Source of the DNA: Harriotta raleighana
Taxonomy: Eukaryota
Direction: 5' to 3'
Assembly: GCA_050575255.1 (NCBI GenBank)
Contig: JBNZDD010013629.1
Coordinates: 2,889,059-2,953,058 of the forward strand
DNA length: 64,000 nt
The notes beneath the pieces were generated by a model, which did no database searches, was not told the origin of the DNA, and saw only the letters and a list, made by a program, of their open reading frames with translations. Numbering within the stretch: position 1 is the first letter of the stretch; the number at the start of each line of letters is the position of its first letter. A program made the translations under genes and the position numbers. Shown here piece after piece: positions 1 to 13,065 of this stretch.

Positions 1-80
1 GCAGTTCTGGTCAACTCATTAAAGAAGGATATTAAGTTGATATTATTACTGAGACAAATGTTTATGTCTTCTCTATTATT

Positions 81-1632
81 CATAGATTCATAGAATTTTA
101 CGGCACAAAAGGAGGCCATTCGGCCCATCTAGTCTGTGCCGGCTCTTTGAAAAGAGCGATTTAATCCCACTGCCCTGGTCGCTCCCCATAGCCTAATAGA
201 CCTNNNNNNNNNNNNNNNNNNNNNNNNNNNNNNNNNNNNNNNNNNNNNNNNNNNNNNNNNNNNNNNNNNNNNNNNNNNNNNNNNNNNNNNNNNNNNNNNN
301 NNNNNNNNNNNNNNNNNNNNNNNNNNNNNNNNNNNNNNNNNNNNNNNNNNNNNNNNNNNNNNNNNNNNNNNNNNNNNNNNNNNNNNNNNNNNNNNNNNNN
401 NNNNNNNNNNNNNNNNNNNNNNNNNNNNNNNNNNNNNNNNNNNNNNNNNNNNNNNNNNNNNNNNNNNNNNNNNNNNNNNNNNNNNNNNNNNNNNNNNNNN
501 NNNNNNNNNNNNNNNNNNNNNNNNNNNNNNNNNNNNNNNNNNNNNNNNNNNNNNNNNNNNNNNNNNNNNNNNNNNNNNNNNNNNNNNNNNNNNNNNNNNN
601 NNNNNNNNNNNNNNNNNNNNNNNNNNNNNNNNNNNNNNNNNNNNNNNNNNNNNNNNNNNNNNNNNNNNNNNNNNNNNNNNNNNNNNNNNNNNNNNNNNNN
701 NNNNNNNNNNNNNNNNNNNNNNNNNNNNNNNNNNNNNNNNNNNNNNNNNNNNNNNNNNNNNNNNNNNNNNNNNNNNNNNNNNNNNNNNNNNNNNNNNNNN
801 NNNNNNNNNNNNNNNNNNNNNNNNNNNNNNNNNNNNNNNNNNNNNNNNNNNNNNNNNNNNNNNNNNNNNNNNNNNNNNNNNNNNNNNNNNNNNNNNNNNN
901 NNNNNNNNNNNNNNNNNNNNNNNNNNNNNNNNNNNNNNNNNNNNNNNNNNNNNNNNNNNNNNNNNNNNNNNNNNNNNNNNNNNNNNNNNNNNNNNNNNNN
1001 NNNNNNNNNNNNNNNNNNNNNNNNNNNNNNNNNNNNNNNNNNNNNNNNNNNNNNNNNNNNNNNNNNNNNNNNNNNNNNNNNNNNNNNNNNNNNNNNNNNN
1101 NNNNNNNNNNNNNNNNNNNNNNNNNNNNNGTGTGGTGACCAGAATTGAACACAGTACTCCAGCTGAGGCCTCACCAAAGTTCTATAGAGGTTAGTCAGCA
1201 CTTCCTGACTTTTGTACTCTATACCCCTATTTATAAAGCCTAGTATCCCATATGCCTTCTTAACAGCCTTGTCTACCTGACCTGCCACCTTCAACGAGTC
1301 ACTAACACAAATCCCCAGGTCTCTCTGTTCCTTCACACCATTTAAAATTGTACTATCCAGTCTATATTGCCTCCCTTCATTTCTTCTCCCAAAATGCATC
1401 ACCTCACACTTCTCTGCATTAAACTTCATCTGCCATGTGTCTGCCCACTTTACCAATTTGTCTATATCTTCTTGCAGATGGTTACTATCTTCCTCACTAT
1501 TTACTATTCTCCCTAACTTAGTGTCATCTGCAAACTTGGAAACTGTACTCTTTACACCCAAGTCCAGATCATTGATGTAGATTACAAAGAGCAATGGCCC
1601 CAAAACCGATCCCTGTGGCACACCACTGCAGG
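81..1632 (-). mobile_element. CR1-clade LINE, 3' part (RT C-terminal region and 3' tail), interrupted by an N gap
   Basis: Minus ORF contains PQGSVLGPLLFVIYINDL, KFADDTKL and LYRTLVRPQLEYCVQFWSP, typical of CR1 ORF2. CR1-like tail (reverse complement of TTCTATGAATCTATG) at about 81-130. Confidence 0.9.
204..1129. other. Assembly gap (N run)
   Basis: Run of n characters. Confidence 0.99.
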
Positions 1633-4600
1633 CACTGTTGCATATGATATCAGTTTATATGGTTCTAAGTGTTACAGTTATTAGACATTTACTTGCCATG
1701 CATTATTCATTCAGAATATCTGTATAAATGTATTTGTGATTTATTTTGGGGGGTGAAAAGAGTCAATCTTACAATAGACCTCAAAGGAAAAAATTCTGGC
1801 AGCTGAGAGTGTCTCAAGTCTTTCTCAGGGACATGATGTGAAGTACTTTCCCAGCTGGTGTGATTGGGGGCGGACTTGGTGTTTGACAGCAGAACACATC
1901 TGTGCTGTTTGTGGGTGATCTGACGTGTGGCAATGGAAGAGTGTTTTGAATGGGAACGTGCATTATCCTCTCTGCAGAGCACAGATCTGACCTGCTCCAG
2001 GAACTTCTTGTCAGCTCTGTGCAGTGTGCGCTTGCAACACAGCCTTCAAACAGGTACCTACCTCCTGGTGTCACTGTCAAAAGAAATGTGGAGAAAGCCC
2101 TTTAGCTTAGTTGATCTCATTCTTTCAGAATTTCAGCACCAAACTTTGATTTATATCAATCTACTACCCTGGACTCAACCACATGTCCTAGTCACTTGTT
2201 CATTATCCCACTTGTGAACCAATACTTCCTGGTGACTGTCCTAAATGTGCTCTGCACTGTCGAAATCTGTGGCTTCTTCATTGATTTAACGATTCGATGA
2301 TTTGAAGATTCCTTCCAGCACCCCAAATCCTTTGGAAGTTTCACCTGCATAATTGGCCAGGTCCTCAATAATTATTTGTGGTGAAGCTACGTAGGTCAGT
2401 ATGAAGGCCACTGGCCATCAGTCATTCGGGAATATGTAGATTGCAGAACGCTCCGAGTGAAGCCAGAAGGTTTGGGTTGGGGATAAACACATATCCCTTT
2501 CTGCAGCTGTAAGAAGGCTCTTGCTACCATAAGATGTCTCAGATCCCAATGACGGCATTGAGATACAAGAGCAGCTCATCCTGAGAGTTGGGCCACTGCA
2601 TGTTTACGGACTGCATTAAAATTGCTGAGTGTTTATTATTTTTATGAGCTGCTGAAGCTGGAATGTCGGATTCTGCCAGAAGAAAACAGACGGAATTTCC
2701 TTTGGCTCGTGCCAGTTTGGTGTTTGAGCCGGCCACCCCTTTAGGCTTCCCAGGAAACAGACTCGCATTCACCCTTCATTCTGCACAATATGCTTCAGTA
2801 CTGGAAACCTGAAACAAAATACAAATGACTGGAACTGTCTAGTATATTGGTCGGCTTCTGACCTTTCTTTTTGTTTCCTCAAAACAATAACTCCCTGAAA
2901 TCGTAACTGGTTGGCATTTTAAGATGGAATTTCTGGAACTTGCTTCTTTTCCTTTTTAATTTTTGGTAAAAGAATCTACATGTAAGAGAGGCTGAACAGT
3001 GTGAAGGTGTGTGACCATGTGTGAATCTGCAAGAGTTTTAGTTCACATTGGGTATTGTGCACAGTATTTGCATTGATTGACGAACAAAATCTTATTGAAT
3101 TTGAGAGAAATATTTAGTCACATTCACATTAGTCTGCTTCAATTTATCTGTGCAGCAGGGGAAAATACCAGCCTTATTGCCAGATTCCCTAAGGAAGGGT
3201 GGTAGTTTTGGAATGGAGAAGGTGTGAGAAGCGCACATAATTGCATACAGACAGTGAAAGAGATGCACATGCCTGGCAGGGAGATGCACGTATACATTTA
3301 TGCATACATATTTGTGTGAATGTATACATTCAGTTGCTCATTTGATCCCCGCATGTGTTGGTTGTGGCTCGTTGTCAGACTCCGCCACTGAAGTGCTCTA
3401 GGATACTACCCCACATGAAGGCCGCTATATAAATACAAGTTGTTGTTGTGGAGACTCTACCCTCTCTACTAGATGCAATTATTGGCTGCTTTTCTGCTGC
3501 TGGACTGCAGGATTACTTTGTGTTGTGGAGAAATGGTAGTTGATTTAAGTGTCCTGTGCTGCTTGCTGCAGTCGTGTTTACTGGGAGTCAGTTTGGCATA
3601 GGTAAAAGATGGTGATTAAAATGTCATTGTTTTAATAACATTAATTGCCCTCTTACTGAATGGCAGCATTTCAAAATGGTTACAAGCTCCACATAAATGT
3701 GGATACTGGGAAATATCACTTGTGCTGGAGCAGAGGGCAGTTTTTAAATTGGGCATCCTGAGATTGGTTGACTAAACTATGAGTAATGAGGGCATCGGGT
3801 TGGGTAGGAAAGATGGCGTTTGTTCTCTGCTCCTTGGCTATGATTTATGTTCAAGGCTGATCCCACATTTATTTTGGAAACTTGCTTGGAACCTCCATAA
3901 CCCCCAAATAGACTCTAATTGGCGTCATGTCCCCATCTCTCTCATTGACTGTCAAGTTATCCCTTGGTTTACCCACGCAGCCTTTTAACTCTAGTATTGC
4001 AGACATGCCCTTGGCTAGCCCAGTAAGGGAGTTAGTGTGAGCATGGCTGTCAGTGTTGTAACTAGCCATTTCACCGATGGCTGGTGTATGTTCCTCATCA
4101 GAACTGACATCTGTAATTAAATCTAAACTTATTGACTATTCAGAACCTGTTGAGTTGGGGCTTTAACAGCTCATCTGGTTGGTTGTTAGTTAGACATTGC
4201 TTCTCAAAATTTTCTTTATTGTTCCTCATAATCTCAAATTCCCCTAAGGTACATATTCTTCTTTTTTCCTCTCTGTGCTTAAAAACCAAACTAGCAGTTT
4301 TCTCTAACTCGTTTTTTCCCAGTACCTCGATGCTGTGGAACTTGCCTCCCATAATCTCTGAATCTCCTACACGCTTGTATAGTTTTTATAGGCGAAGACC
4401 TTCATCATTTCCTTTTGCTACTTTTTCAACCTTGTTTGCTGCCCCAAAATGGACTACTGTATACAATAATAATCCAGACTAAACAATTGTGCTTTCTTGT
4501 GGTGAGGGTAGGGATTCTTTCCCCCTCCCCACCTGGTATTTTAAGAGAGTAAGTATGTTGCCCATTTTCCCAGAATTTTATAGTCACTATTTGTAAAGTG

Positions 4601-6781
4601 CATAAGGCCAGTTCGACATTATAGACTCTTACCAAATGTAAGGCTTATTACGTGGGTGTAGTAAACAAACTAAATTATTTCTACACAACCAGTAGCTGCC
4701 GTTGAAGTTTCTGGAAATGGACGGTTTCCACATGTTAAACACAAAGCTGAGAATGGATTCCGCTGTCTGTCTGTGCTCAGCAAACACTGACCAAACCTGA
4801 GCATATTTACCCAAGCTTCCACAATTGTTCTGTTGCCACAGCAACTACCACTTCCTCGGTCCTTTTTACTGGAGCGAACCATAGCAACTGGGTGTGTCCG
4901 TTCCTCTGTCAGCCCAGGCCACACACACAATGCTAGCAACCTTATGCTTGGTGCTGAATTCGCATCAGCCCAACATTCACAAGCTGACTAACCCCTGGGG
5001 AGAGCCCAGCCCAGCCACTAGAAGCAGACTTGAACTGCAGTAACCTTTGCTCAGCACTGGTCTCCCAAGCACAGGGAGGAAAGTAAATAAGCAGTAATTC
5101 CCCAGTGAGAACTGGCCTTTAAACTGAACACAACCTCCACTTTCAAAGCCTCGAGCCACTGCCCGTTTTAATCCAGTTTGTTGCACCGTTGCCAAACCTC
5201 GGAGTCATGCAGCACAGTCTTGTTTCCACTTGCCTCCTCTTTGCTGCACATTTATAGCTTGGTGTTTTAAAGTACCATATTCTGTCTTCCACCAACGCAA
5301 AATATGGGATTTTATTGCTTACTAATGGTGGAAGGACACTGTCCAAGGTCAGGTTATTTGCTGACTAGATTACAAGGGAGCAAGAGTGAGACATCTTACA
5401 AGTCATTGATGTGAATGAAACTGGTTTATTACACTCAAGAGTGATTACAGTCACGATGAGGTGAATGGTCTGTGGGTCGACTTGTGGAGTGAGATTGCTT
5501 TGTGATTGAGAAATGCACAAGGCAAAACAGTACAGTTACATATTCCCATTTTGAAACCTCCCTATCCGTGTTCATTAGCAGTTGATGCCTGAATAGTTAG
5601 GTGTCTCTCAGTTTCATTAGGTGACAGGTTTATCCTTAGTCTTATTAAAGAAGACAGAATTCACTGTCTCTTGATATGCAATGATAAAAGATTTTACAAT
5701 CCACCATATTAGTGATACATGGTCTATTATTCTGCTGAGGAGAATTGTATTCAGCAACACATGGTGTAATACTGCTCTGGGATAGGCCCCAATGTGTTGC
5801 TGCCCCCTCCCTCCAAAATTGATGCCAGTATTTGGCCAATGGCTAATGGAAAAAGTGTTTGAAGTAGCCAGGAGGTTAAGCAGGGACTATTGGCTCTCAT
5901 TTCCCTCAAGTTGTTGGAGTTCAATCGTATGCTGATTACTGGTTAGAGTAGGCGGCCTGGCGCAGAGCCAGTGAGTGGCCGGAGCTTCAGCAAAGCAACT
6001 AAAGGCAGCAACAGAAGCAGGAAGAGAAGCTAGGCTACTGACTATTTTAGGACCTTTCTGCTAGCTGTGGAATGTGCTGCTGATGTAATGTAGCTGGAGT
6101 AAAGATTGGAACAGATGGTGTGGGGTTAAGAAAAGGCACACTACTGGGTACCAGTATTTTTAGATGCTCTTAACTCCTTCTAGTCCAGAACTGGTAGAAC
6201 TTCCATTTGAGTTACTGGTCAGGTCATTATGACTTGGGTTCTGTTTCATGAAATATCTGAATGTATTAATGGTACTTGCATTGATCCATCACCTTACTGA
6301 TGGATAAGCAAAGCACCTCACTCAGTGAGTTCCCTTAAATAAAATATAGTGACTGCCGTTGGGTCATCACGGCAACAAAATCAGTTGCATCAATGTCGCT
6401 GCAGACAGCGATCCACTAATGAGCCAGTTTCTCTTGGATGAAATAAGGTTTCTGTGAATTGCTGCAACAGGACATTCCAAGGACTAGAAGGAAGTGTAAT
6501 GCAGGTGTGTGGACTTGTTGGGGACTGATACCAAAAATATATGTACTGGATTTTCATGATGAAGAGCACTAGGATAGATTTACATTGTGTGTTGAGGTTG
6601 AGAGCTGTAGTTGTAAGTTGCTTATCTGTAGCTTCCCTGAAAGCAGCCACTAATGAGTGTAGGGTAATGTAGAGCCTGACCTCGAGTGACCATAGAGGTT
6701 AGTGATCCTTAACCCTCTCAGGCAGTAGTATGAGATCGTGTCTCATGTTTTAGAAATTGTGCCTCTGAAGCTCTAAATATT

Positions 6782-7452
6782 AGGAGTTTCCGCAACATCG
6801 CCAGACTCCGTCACTATCTCACCCCCCCACGCTGCCGAAACCCTAATTCATGCCTTCATCACTTCCAAGCTTGACTACAGGAACTCTCTCTTCGTCGGCC
6901 TTCCCAACTCCTCCCTTCACAGGCTGCAGATCATTCAGAATTCTGCAGCCCATGTACTCTCCCGCACTAGGCGAACACATCACTCCCACCTTTGCCCGCC
7001 TCCCCTGGCTCCTCATCCCCCAGAGGATCGACTTCAAGATCCTTGTCCTCACCTTCAAGGCCATTCATGAGATTGCTCCCACCTATCTCTCTGACCTGCT
7101 GTCTTCCTATCAGCCTGCCCGCACTCTCCGTTTAGCAGATTCAGGCCTGCTCTGGGTCCACCGCCCTAACCACCCAACCATCGGTGGCCGGGCTTTCAGT
7201 CTCTGCCCCCACACTCTGGAACTCCATCCCGCAGTCCCTCCGCCTTGCTTCCTCCCTTTTCTCCTTCAAGGCCAATCTCAAGACCTTCCTCTTCGATCGT
7301 GCCTTCGGTTCCCCACCCACCCTAACTCTTCCCACTCTCCTTCCCCCTCCCCCTACCCCGACCATGCTCGGGTCCCGACCTGACTGTTCAGCGCTTTGAG
7401 ACGTCCTCCCGATGTGAAAGGCGCTATACAAGTGTAATTTTGTTGTAGTTGC
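6782..7452 (+). mobile_element. 5'-truncated L2-clade LINE
   Basis: Translates to HITPTFARLPWLLIPQRIDFKILVLTFKAIH...PTYLSDLL and SAPTLWNSIP. Ends in the stem-loop tail gtgaaaggcgctatacaagtgtaattttgttg. Confidence 0.9.
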
Positions 7453-8842
7453 TGTGTGGAACATTATTAAATGTGACTGGTTCAGTTCAAATGACTGGTT
7501 CAGTCATTTGAAATTTGGCTGTTATTTCCGAATTCATTCCAAATGAACAGCCTGGATATAATTGAGGCTGGAAAGGGAGGGAGTGTGAGATCAAATACTG
7601 TAGGTGTCACAATCGGGGATGGTGAGGTTGCTAAATGCATTTATAATGCGTGCTCGTCCCAATGGGGAATCTCGCACACTGGAGTGGCTGCATGCCGTGA
7701 GCATACAGTCACTCCCATCGTGAATGTAAATCTAATTAGTCTGTGTTTGCAAACGAAGAGCCTAGTAATAGCTGCTTAATACCTCCTAACAAATGCAGCT
7801 CTCTGGATGTTCTGCTCCCTTCTCTCCAGTGCACTAATGTCAAGATAATTGTACCAAGCTGTGCTCTGGGGTGTGGGGGAACATAGGTTGAATTATTGCA
7901 ATTGGAAGGAAATCTTAAAGAGACAGAGTGTCATTCTTGCAGAGCCAAATTCTTTGAGACATCCTGCTGGGGTGAAAGGTGTTCTTAAATGTAAACTGTT
8001 ACCTTCTGTTTTTTAAAAAAAGTCTGTACAATCAGTTATTTTGTGGTGTGTTGAGGGGCTAGTGGGATTCTGACCTCTGATGGGTTCCTGCCCTGAGCTC
8101 AGTGCTTCACAAGTCCCAGCAGCAAGTGACAATATTCAAGTCCTTCATGATCCTGGGTACACACAGGCAGCAGCAGGCAGTGAGAGAGATTGGGAAATTG
8201 CACATGGTGGTGTTGGCTAATCTTCTCCACCAGGTGGTGAAATGTGTGGACTCTGCTCTGTCCAGGAATTGTGATTGTGTTTACTCCGGAGCAAAACAGC
8301 CCATCCCCAGAAATGGGGACACTGGAGTCTGTGTAATATTATCACCAAAGCAAAGCCATGCAGAAACACACACACATTGGGCTGTGCCTTCTTTTAGGGC
8401 CAAATGTTGTACCAGGGACAATGTGCATAGACTAGAGAGTATGGGGCATTCCAGTCATTTGGAGATCCAGACATTCCTATGGTTTGGGAGGTCTTGGCTC
8501 CAATCACTCTTAACTGCAGACAGAATGCTCCATTATTTCTTATTCCCTTCCAATGCATGTCTGTGAGGGAACTGCAGAAAGGAAGGAGTGGAAGGGGGTC
8601 CCACGTCAGAAGATATTTCCGGCTAATTCGGACTGTGTGTTGCAGGAGGTAGTGTTGGGTGCCTCAGAGATGGATAAGTTACGCTGATCGCTTCCTGTGC
8701 TGACAGGGAATGTGTAGGTTCAGAGGACAGTCAACTTACAAGCCAGCATAAACCATGGGCGGTTTCAGTTCCATCTGATCCCGGATATGTTTTTCTGTCA
8801 TGAGCAGCCTCTTCATCTCTTGAAATGTTCAGTACAGAGAAC

Positions 8843-9058
8843 AGTCCTCCAGCCTAGTGGTTAGAGCATTTTCCTCACAAGTGAGAGAACCTGGGTTTGA
8901 TTCTAGGACAGGGTGAAATCTTAGGAAAATGTCCTTATTCCACATGCCTCTGTTTAGCTAGCCTGGTTGTTGGTTAGTTACTCAATCCGTGACTGTTCAT
9001 GGGACACTCCTATGCCTAGTTGGCTGCCGTTTTTCACCCATAAAATACAGTCAACTAA
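8843..9058 (+). mobile_element. tRNA-derived SINE, degenerate and partial
   Basis: A/B-box-like head tagtggttagagc...gggtttgattc, and body matching the other SINE copies in the window. Confidence 0.7.
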
Positions 9059-9836
9059 CGAGCAAAGCCAGGCTGCTTTGTTCCAATGTAAATACAACTA
9101 CAATTCCCAGAGCAGAGTCCACATAGTGGAGTTTCTCTACCTAGTGGAGAAGATTACGATAGGCAATTTTCCAATCTCCTGCACTGACCTGACCGCCTGC
9201 CTGGATGTGGGTACATCATATGAAGCGCTTTGAGGCGAGGGTAACTGTTGCTTGGTTACCCTCTCCATCCTCCCTGATCTCAAACTCCCCCACTCCAATT
9301 CTCGGGTATTATTCCCTGGCTATCCAGCGCCTTGGGACATCCTGGACATCCCATGCGAAAGGCACTTTACAAATATAATTTTGTATTATATTGTGGGATA
9401 CAGTGTAGTACATAGGTAGTTCGGGACATATGTATGCATAGGAAGATGGAAAGGGAACTAGATGGACGTGGTCTTTTTTTCCTCTAGTATTTTTATGTTA
9501 TAAGTTATATAATGTTATTCTTGTACCAAATGCAAGCTTTATTATTATTATGAGAGGGGTTGGATGACCAAGAACTTGGTGTTGAGTGGTGGGAAGGTAA
9601 GTCTTGTGCATAGTTATTAACGTTGGGTGGGGGGGCGTGAGCATGTTGAGCGTCTAGTATATACCTACAAGATAGCATGCAGTTCCTATTGCTATCTCAT
9701 AAAGCGACTACTCGGACAATAGAACTGTGGAGGAAGAAAATAACCTGGCTGTTGTAGGCAAAGAAGATAAGGAGGGACTTTACAGTCACAAACAAGTATT
9801 TTAAAGTTGTCTGTTGCGAACTCTGGTGTTGAGTTG

Positions 9837-10122
9837 CCTGGAATCCTGTAGTTCAGTGGTTAGAGCACTTGCCTTACAATCCGGAGACCTGGGATCAATT
9901 CCCAGCAGGATGATACCTTAGGCAAGTTTCCTTACTCCACACACCTGATAATAATCCCTCAAGAAAAAAACAATAATAAATTAGTCATTTTAATGCACAA
10001 CTGTTTGTGAGACACTACTGTGCTGTCACAATTCACCCACAAAATATACAGTCAATTCACTTTACAATATATTCTGTGAAGAACTTTGAAACAACTAGAA
10101 GATGTGAAAAGTGCTATATCAA
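9837..10122 (+). mobile_element. tRNA-derived Deu-domain SINE
   Basis: Head gtagttcagtggttagagcacttgccttacaa...gggatcaattcc, conserved body, L2-like tail ending in (TTA)n. Confidence 0.85.
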
Positions 10123-10306
10123 ATGCAAGAATTATTATAATACTAATTATTAAGTGGTATCTTAAAATGGGTCACGTTTTCCTGTCCCGCTGTCATTGAG
10201 GAGAAGATCCTTTTAGAATGCAAGAGGGCAGAAATGTGAGAACTGTAGGTGAATGTGATGAACGGTCAATAGCTGATGGAGGGGCAGAGAGAATGTGGAT
10301 GTAGTT

Positions 10307-10592
10307 AATAATAATCCTTGCATTTGATACAGTGACTTACCATGTCTTCTAGATGTCTCAAAGCATTTCACAGGATATACTATAAAGTGAATTAACTGTA
10401 TATTTTCGCAGCAGCCACAGTCGTGAATTGAGTGACCAAATTATCATTTATTTATTTTATTTGTTATTACCCCTGGAAAAACGATCTACAAATTGGTTTA
10501 CAACCAGGTTTCTACTGACCGCTAAGCAAACAGAAGCATGTGGAGTAAGGAAACTTGCCCAATGTTTTGTCCTGCTCAAGAATTGAACCCAG
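10307..10592 (-). mobile_element. tRNA-derived Deu-domain SINE (inverted)
   Basis: Reverse complement of the same family: taataatccttgcatttgata...gtggagtaaggaaacttgcccaa. Confidence 0.8.
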
Positions 10593-10905
10593 CTAGAATC
10601 ACAGAATTATACAGCAAGTAGGAGGCCATTCAGTCTGTGCTGGCTCTTTGAAAGGAGCTATCCAAATCGATTGCACTCCCCCACTGTCTCCCCATGGCCC
10701 TGTAAACTTGTCCTCCCCACATAATTATCTACTTCTCTCTTAAACGTTGTTATCGAATTGGCTTCCACCACCCTTTCAGACAATGCATTCCAGATGCCAA
10801 AAAACACACTGCATGAAAAAAATTCTCTTTTTTTCAACAACTATTTTAAATCTGGGTCCTCAGGTTACCGACCCACTGTAGTGGAAATAGTTTGTTCACC
10901 CTATT
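10593..10905 (-). mobile_element. CR1 LINE 3' fragment
   Basis: FFSCSVFFGIWNALSERVVEANSITTFKREVD resembles the CR1 ORF2 C-terminus, and the tail resembles 81-200. Confidence 0.75.
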
Positions 10906-11914
10906 GAATGCCCCACTTTTGTAGTGTACTGTACTCGCTTGTGAGTCGAATGTGCTAACCTCTACATTACAGGTCTCCATGTATGCTGCAAGAGTGGTTC
11001 TGGCATGAAGGCAAATGTTTGAACGTTGGTTTTGTGTCATTCACTTGCATGATTCTTCTTCTCATTATAAGTGTTTGATTTCTTTCACTGTGAAATGGTA
11101 CTGGAGCTGGTTGTCCTCTTATGCTTCAATCAATTAGTTGTTCTTCATGGCTGAGTCCATGACAAAAGTCTAATCGGAGAAGTTGACATTGGGAATTTTA
11201 CGGAGGGAGAAATGAGTGGGGGCAAGAGAAAGAGAATGAATGAGAAGAAACAAGAATTTTAAAAAAATACAGTTTGATCAGGTTAAAAAAAAGCAATCTA
11301 ATTCTTCCGAGTAGCATGGACTACCTGCCTGGCAGTATTGTTCTACTCTGACCCAGGCTTTTCAAATGAAACTTGACATTTGAGAGTTCTAGTTTAAAAT
11401 TTTTTTTTTAATTCTGTGAGATGGGAACTGAACAGTGGCTGAGATACCCTGCATTTCCTTTGTCACGTGCCTCAAGCCGGCAGCTATTTATAGTCTCGTG
11501 AGAAGCACCAAACACACCGACCAAAACCACAGCTTCTGCTACTGACAGGACAGAATGCTCACCTCCCGTATTGAGTGTGTATCTGTAATGTGCGGCTCTG
11601 TGTGCCTTTACGCACATATATATATTATATATACTGTAATATACGTGTGTGTGTTTCTTTTTCTCTCTCTCCATATCTTTGCAGCACCTGTGTGCCTAAA
11701 TGCACATCTCTGTTTCTATCTTTGTGTAGGGCATATGCCTCTTCTGTTTCTGTCTGACAAATGTTGAAATGGCTGCAGCAGTGGGGGATGAGGTGGGTGT
11801 GTGGTCATTCTTCCTGGAAGAACCTGGAGTATCCCACGTGCACACCTCCCAGTGGGTGTGAAGTTACTCCATTTAGCCAGTGGTGGGTGGGAGTGAATCA
11901 ACCAAATAGTAATT

Positions 11915-13065
11915 CAACTACAATACAAAATTATATTTGTATAGCGCCCTTCATGTCGGGAGGACATTCCAAGGCCCTGGACAGTCAGGAATTTGGACGC
12001 AAACTGCGGGTCGGCATCGTGGAGGGCAGGAAGTGTAGAAGTCTGGCAGAAGGCACTGTCGAAGAATAGGGTTTTGACATGTGCCTTAAAGGAAGCAAAT
12101 GGATTGTGAGATAACAACAACAACTTGGATTTATAAGGCGCCCTCCATGCTAGATGGCGTCTCAGAGATGGAGTTCCAAAAGGTGGGGCAGAAAAGCTGA
12201 AAGCCTTACCACTGATGATGGGGCAAGCCAGGCAGGGGACGTGGAGCAGGCCACAGCCTGCTGAGCAGAGGGAGGTCAGCAGTTCGCAGAGGTGAGAAAA
12301 GGCTGTGGAGGGGAATTTGAACTTGATCTGCTGGGGGATGGGGAGTCAGTGAAGCCGGGCGAAGGTGGTGATAATGGGTTTATGGAGCCTGTTGTGGGAG
12401 AGAACATGAGCTGCAGAGTTCTGGATGACCTGCAGTTTATGGGAGGGAAGAGTTGGGAAGGCTGACAAGCGAAGAGTTGGTATACAGTAAAACCTTGTTC
12501 ATGCATGACCCGATCAACCTTAACCTGATTCAATTGCTCAACCGACCCCCTCCCTTGAGCAATTCCCCATTGCAGAATCGCGAGTTTGCTCACTTTGCGC
12601 ATGCGTGCAATGTGTGCGCATATGCACTTAGTAAGCTTACGCACTTGGGTTTTTTACCCATCAGTATGAAATGTTGTTTTACTGATTTTTTTTTCTCTCC
12701 ACTGTGCTGGAATACTTCATTGGTAAGTATCCACACAATATTCTGTTACTATGTAGTCTATCATTAACATGGTATGTTTTAAAATAAGATAAGTTTTTTA
12801 TGTTGAGTTTTCGGCGACGTGTACCCCATTTATCCAGCAGAGTCAATTAGTCGACCCCCTCCCCCGAGCATGCCGGATAAATGAGGTTTTACTGTAGTTG
12901 AGCCCAGATGTGATGAATGCTTGGATGAGGGTTTTGGCGGCCTGTGGGTGGAGCCAGGTGATGTTGCGGAGGTGGGGTAAGGCAGAGCAGGTCATGCCAC
13001 GGCTGAGGGGGAGTAAGGGCAATTAAGGGTCAAAGAAGACCCCAAGGTTCTAGAATGGCTCACTG
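11915..13065 (-). mobile_element. L2 LINE fragments, split by a MITE insertion
   Basis: Two L2 tails (about 11915 and 12115) plus ORF2 C-terminal sequence similar to 55097-55835. The L2 sequence resumes after 12896. Confidence 0.75.
12485..12894. mobile_element. Non-autonomous Tc1/mariner-pogo (Tigger-like) MITE
   Basis: Terminal inverted repeats CAGTAAAACCT...AGGTTTTACTG flanked on both sides by TA. Inserted at a TA inside an L2. Confidence 0.8.

Noticed and set aside
161-1621. 486-aa ORF
   Set aside because: The length is an artefact of translating through the N gap. Only a CR1 RT fragment is real.
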